Source of the DNA: Myxococcota bacterium
GTDB lineage: Bacteria > Myxococcota_A > UBA796 > CAJQPC01
NCBI GenBank assembly: GCA_036337845.1
Contig: JAYZDK010000098.1
Span: 1-53,205, forward strand
Length of the DNA: 53,205 nucleotides
Reading direction: 5' to 3'
Part shown: one piece after another, positions 50,781-53,205 of the stretch
Position numbering within the stretch: the stretch's first letter is position 1
Layout of the letters: each line of letters starts with the position of its first letter
Position numbers and translations under genes: made by a program
The notes under the pieces: generated by a model
The model's database searches: none
What the model was told of the DNA's origin: nothing
What the model saw: the letters and a program-made list of their open reading frames with translations, nothing else

Positions 50781-51860
50781 ATGAGACGACCCTGCAATGT
50801 GCTGACTGTGTTCGCAGTTTCACTGTTTGTGGCGTGTGGGTCCACTCCCAAGAACCCCTCCGGTGACAGCGCCAACGGACCAGAAGACACAGCGGACTCT
50901 CTCTCGCCCGATGACACCGGTGAGCAATCCCCTCCCACAGAAACCGTCCAGCTTGAGTTCAATGTCAATCCAGCTTCAGACTGGAGACTCGGTGCATTTG
51001 TCGCCCACGTAGACGAGGAGGAGGTCCAACACACCTCCCACGAGATCTCCTACGCCATCCATGGCCAACAGATGGAAATCGGACTCTGGCCACCGAGCAC
51101 CGAACTCCTGGGGAACACCTGGTGGTCGGACCAGGGCGTGATCTTCTTTCTCGCGGCCTACCCCGACAGAAATGGGAACGAACAAAAAGATCCCGATGAA
51201 TCGATTCTCTCTCTCTCCACAAGAATGCTCTTGTTTGAAATCAACGAGGAGAACCCTAAAGGAGAGTGGCTCCTCGCCGAAACAGACAGCTCTACCCGCA
51301 GTAACGAACCCACTCGGCTTCCTCTCTCTGAGGGGATCTCCATGGTTTCTCTGAAGCCACGCACCCCCGTTACCATTTCAGGAACTGTGGACCTCTCCAA
51401 TACTGGAGGCGCCAGCGTTCGTGTCGGAGCCATCAGCTACTACGAATGGCTCACGGAAATCCCCCTCCCAGGACGGCCACTGGATGAGCCTGTGACCGAC
51501 ACGTTTTCGTTCACGCTCGCCCAGGACCTCGACGCGGCTCGACTCGGGGAGTACCCGGCCTGGACATCGCTTCGTATTGGCGTCGAAGTCCCCATGCCCT
51601 ACCAGGATGCGGACGGCACAAACGACTTCTCCGCCGGCGATGTACAGCTTGGGTGGACCTGCATCGGCAACCTGCACACGGCTCTAATCTACGTACCCGC
51701 ACTCACAGATGTAGCCTCCGCCGTAGAAGCGAACTCCCTAAATCTCGCACCCGGCTGGAATGGAATCGAAGTCGACTCGACCGCATTGACCTGGCGCCTT
51801 CTCACAGCGGCCGAGACAACCAATCTCGTGATGTCAGACACGCTCTGTGGCACCCCCTGA
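50781..51860 (+). CDS. Hypothetical lipoprotein
   Basis: MRRPCNVLTVFAVSLFVAC lipobox. No family recognised. Confidence 0.55.
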   Translation: MRRPCNVLTVFAVSLFVACGSTPKNPSGDSANGPEDTADSLSPDDTGEQSPPTETVQLEFNVNPASDWRLGAFVAHVDEEEVQHTSHEISYAIHGQQMEIGLWPPSTELLGNTWWSDQGVIFFLAAYPDRNGNEQKDPDESILSLSTRMLLFEINEENPKGEWLLAETDSSTRSNEPTRLPLSEGISMVSLKPRTPVTISGTVDLSNTGGASVRVGAISYYEWLTEIPLPGRPLDEPVTDTFSFTLAQDLDAARLGEYPAWTSLRIGVEVPMPYQDADGTNDFSAGDVQLGWTCIGNLHTALIYVPALTDVASAVEANSLNLAPGWNGIEVDSTALTWRLLTAAETTNLVMSDTLCGTP

Positions 51861-51880
51861 GCACAGACCGAACAGCGATT

Positions 51881-53205
51881 CTAAGGGTGCATCCCAAGCT
51901 TTTCTTCAAGAGAGCGTATCGAGCGCCCCAAAGGAGAATCCGGGCGTGCGCCCAGTTCCTCCAAGTCGGCCCGAACCCGCTTCAGCAGTAGGCGCGCGTC
52001 CTCGACACGGCCCGCTCCGAGCCAAACTCTTGCCCTTCGACACACCAGCTTGGAGAGCTCGACCCGATGGCCCACAGACTCCAGCATCGCCTCTCCTCGA
52101 TTGAGCAGAGACTCTGCTTCTGAAAGCTCTCCATCCAAGGCCACCAGCTCCCCCATGGCTCCGAGAAAAGCCCCCTCAACCGCCTTCCACCCCACTTCTT
52201 GTGCGATCTGAAGGCAATTCTCCAGGTGATGTCTCGCCGGCCCTTTCAGGCCATCTCGCAAATAGGAGTCTCCTAGGTTTCCATGTGTGACAGCCTCGAA
52301 CCGACGGTTGTTCAGCTTCTCGTGAATCGCCAAAGCATCGCGCAGTACCTCGCGAGCTTGAACAGGAGCGCCATGCTCCTGGTAGAGCACCCCGAGATTG
52401 CCAAGCACAATCCCCTCGGAGCGAACATCCCCTACCTCACGATGGATATGAAGCGCTTTGTTGTACAAGTCCAACGCCTGGTTCGGATCGCCATGCTCAA
52501 TCTCGAGTATGGCCATGTTCCCCAGAAGGCTGCCTTCGGAACGCACCTCGCCCACCGCTCGAGCCAACTCATAGGCCTGTTTCATGGTCTCGCGGGCTTC
52601 AGGTACCTCACCCAACTCAGACAGGATCAGCCCCAGACTAGCCAGCTCTCGACCTTCCATTCTCCGATCTTGCAGCTGCCGGTATCGCTCCAGTGCATCC
52701 CGAACAAACCGGGCTGCACTCTTCATCTCTCCCTGCTCTCGCCTGAGCTTTCCAAGGTCCGAAAGCACAAGACATTCAATCTCCTGTGCACCATGCTCTC
52801 TGGCCTGACGCAGCGCTTCCCCCAAAAGCCGATCGGCTTCAACTGCCTCTCCACGCCTGAGACACCAGGCGCCTTTGCTTTCCAGAAGGCCTGCTCTGAG
52901 TGCCCCGCCGTCCTCCATCAAGGCCAACCCCGCTTCAAGCTCCAGCCCTGCTGATTTGAGCTTGCCAAGCTGCAGTAGCTGCCGACTCAGCCCATCTCGA
53001 CACCTGGCCTCGAGTCGAGGTTCCGCCAAGCCCGAGGCCAGTTCCAATGCTTCTCGAACCTTGGACAAGCCTTCATCGCCATGGCCAGCCAGGTGAAGAC
53101 ACCACCCCCACTCCACCCCCAACAAAATGCGATCTCGGGTTGAGACCCCTGGTACCTCGCCAACCTCACCCGCCAAAGAAACTGCTTTTTCCACAGGCCC
53201 AATCG
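51881..53205 (-). CDS. TPR-repeat protein, partial (N-terminus beyond the window end); possibly the C-terminal part of another STAND/TPR signalling protein
   Basis: Iterated ~40-aa TPR-like units (..A...L..AL.I..E.GD...EG..LGNLG..Y...G....A...). The track start at 53194 is a GTG, and the frame remains open to the window edge. Confidence 0.7.
   Translation of the reverse strand, partial: IGPVEKAVSLAGEVGEVPGVSTRDRILLGVEWGWCLHLAGHGDEGLSKVREALELASGLAEPRLEARCRDGLSRQLLQLGKLKSAGLELEAGLALMEDGGALRAGLLESKGAWCLRRGEAVEADRLLGEALRQAREHGAQEIECLVLSDLGKLRREQGEMKSAARFVRDALERYRQLQDRRMEGRELASLGLILSELGEVPEARETMKQAYELARAVGEVRSEGSLLGNMAILEIEHGDPNQALDLYNKALHIHREVGDVRSEGIVLGNLGVLYQEHGAPVQAREVLRDALAIHEKLNNRRFEAVTHGNLGDSYLRDGLKGPARHHLENCLQIAQEVGWKAVEGAFLGAMGELVALDGELSEAESLLNRGEAMLESVGHRVELSKLVCRRARVWLGAGRVEDARLLLKRVRADLEELGARPDSPLGRSIRSLEEKLGMHP

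Noticed and set aside
1-53205. Mobile elements, prophage genes, CRISPR arrays, toxin-antitoxin pairs, rRNA/tRNA genes
   Set aside because: None recognised in any frame or intergenic region. The window looks like core or shell chromosome rather than an island. An exhaustive repeat search was not possible by eye.

Overview
GC-rich (roughly 58-60% by eye), very gene-dense bacterial chromosomal window with about 45 protein-coding genes. I found no rRNA, tRNA, CRISPR array, transposase or integrase. The gene content points to a Myxococcota-like organism, but that is inference only: Hanks kinases fused to STAND-ATPase/TPR modules, Cys-containing C-terminal sorting tails resembling MYXO-CTERM, and thrombospondin-type-3-like acidic repeats.

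Gene order:
- partial secreted protein
- two tandem thioredoxin-fold lipoproteins
- S41 peptidase operon
- aldo-keto reductase / ETHE1-like dioxygenase
- MMPL exporter
- two SGNH-like proteins, an MBOAT acyltransferase and FolE2
- GYD protein, NhaC antiporter, MqnB-like protein
- DEDD exonuclease, OmpA-like lipoprotein, second lipoprotein
- XPB-N-terminal-like protein, convergent on a membrane protein-XPB-Bax1(DUF790) operon
- murG-mraY pair with a divergent M14 carboxypeptidase
- GldA/F/G-like ABC system plus a DUF4340-like protein
- PP2C phosphatase plus three tandem Ser/Thr kinase-STAND-TPR paralogues
- two trypsin-like proteases
- a second DEDD exonuclease, a membrane retropepsin-like protease, lipoproteins, and a partial TPR protein

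Most notable observations:
1. The two thioredoxin-fold genes are each split in the ORF track by a single in-frame TGA. It sits exactly at the first Cys of the WCxxC motif (W-U-G-G-C), and a conserved hairpin follows it. They are most likely unannotated selenoproteins.
2. murG encodes a 999-aa chimera. It carries a ~300-aa insertion containing pentapeptide repeats inside the GT28 N-domain and a ~275-aa HEAT-like C-terminal extension. It is translationally coupled to mraY, outside any dcw context.
3. FolE2 (GTP cyclohydrolase IB) is fused to a C-terminal XRE-type HTH. A perfect 15-bp palindrome lies in its upstream region, and the gene sits directly upstream of an MBOAT/SGNH O-acylation cluster.
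4. A structured ~165-nt leader, made of a 13-bp long-range helix, a GAGA hairpin and a GC-rich terminator-like stem, precedes the ABC transporter operon.
5. XPB, Bax1-like and XPB-N-terminal-like genes cluster together, with a translationally coupled membrane protein.

All family assignments come from motif recognition by eye. No searches were run.
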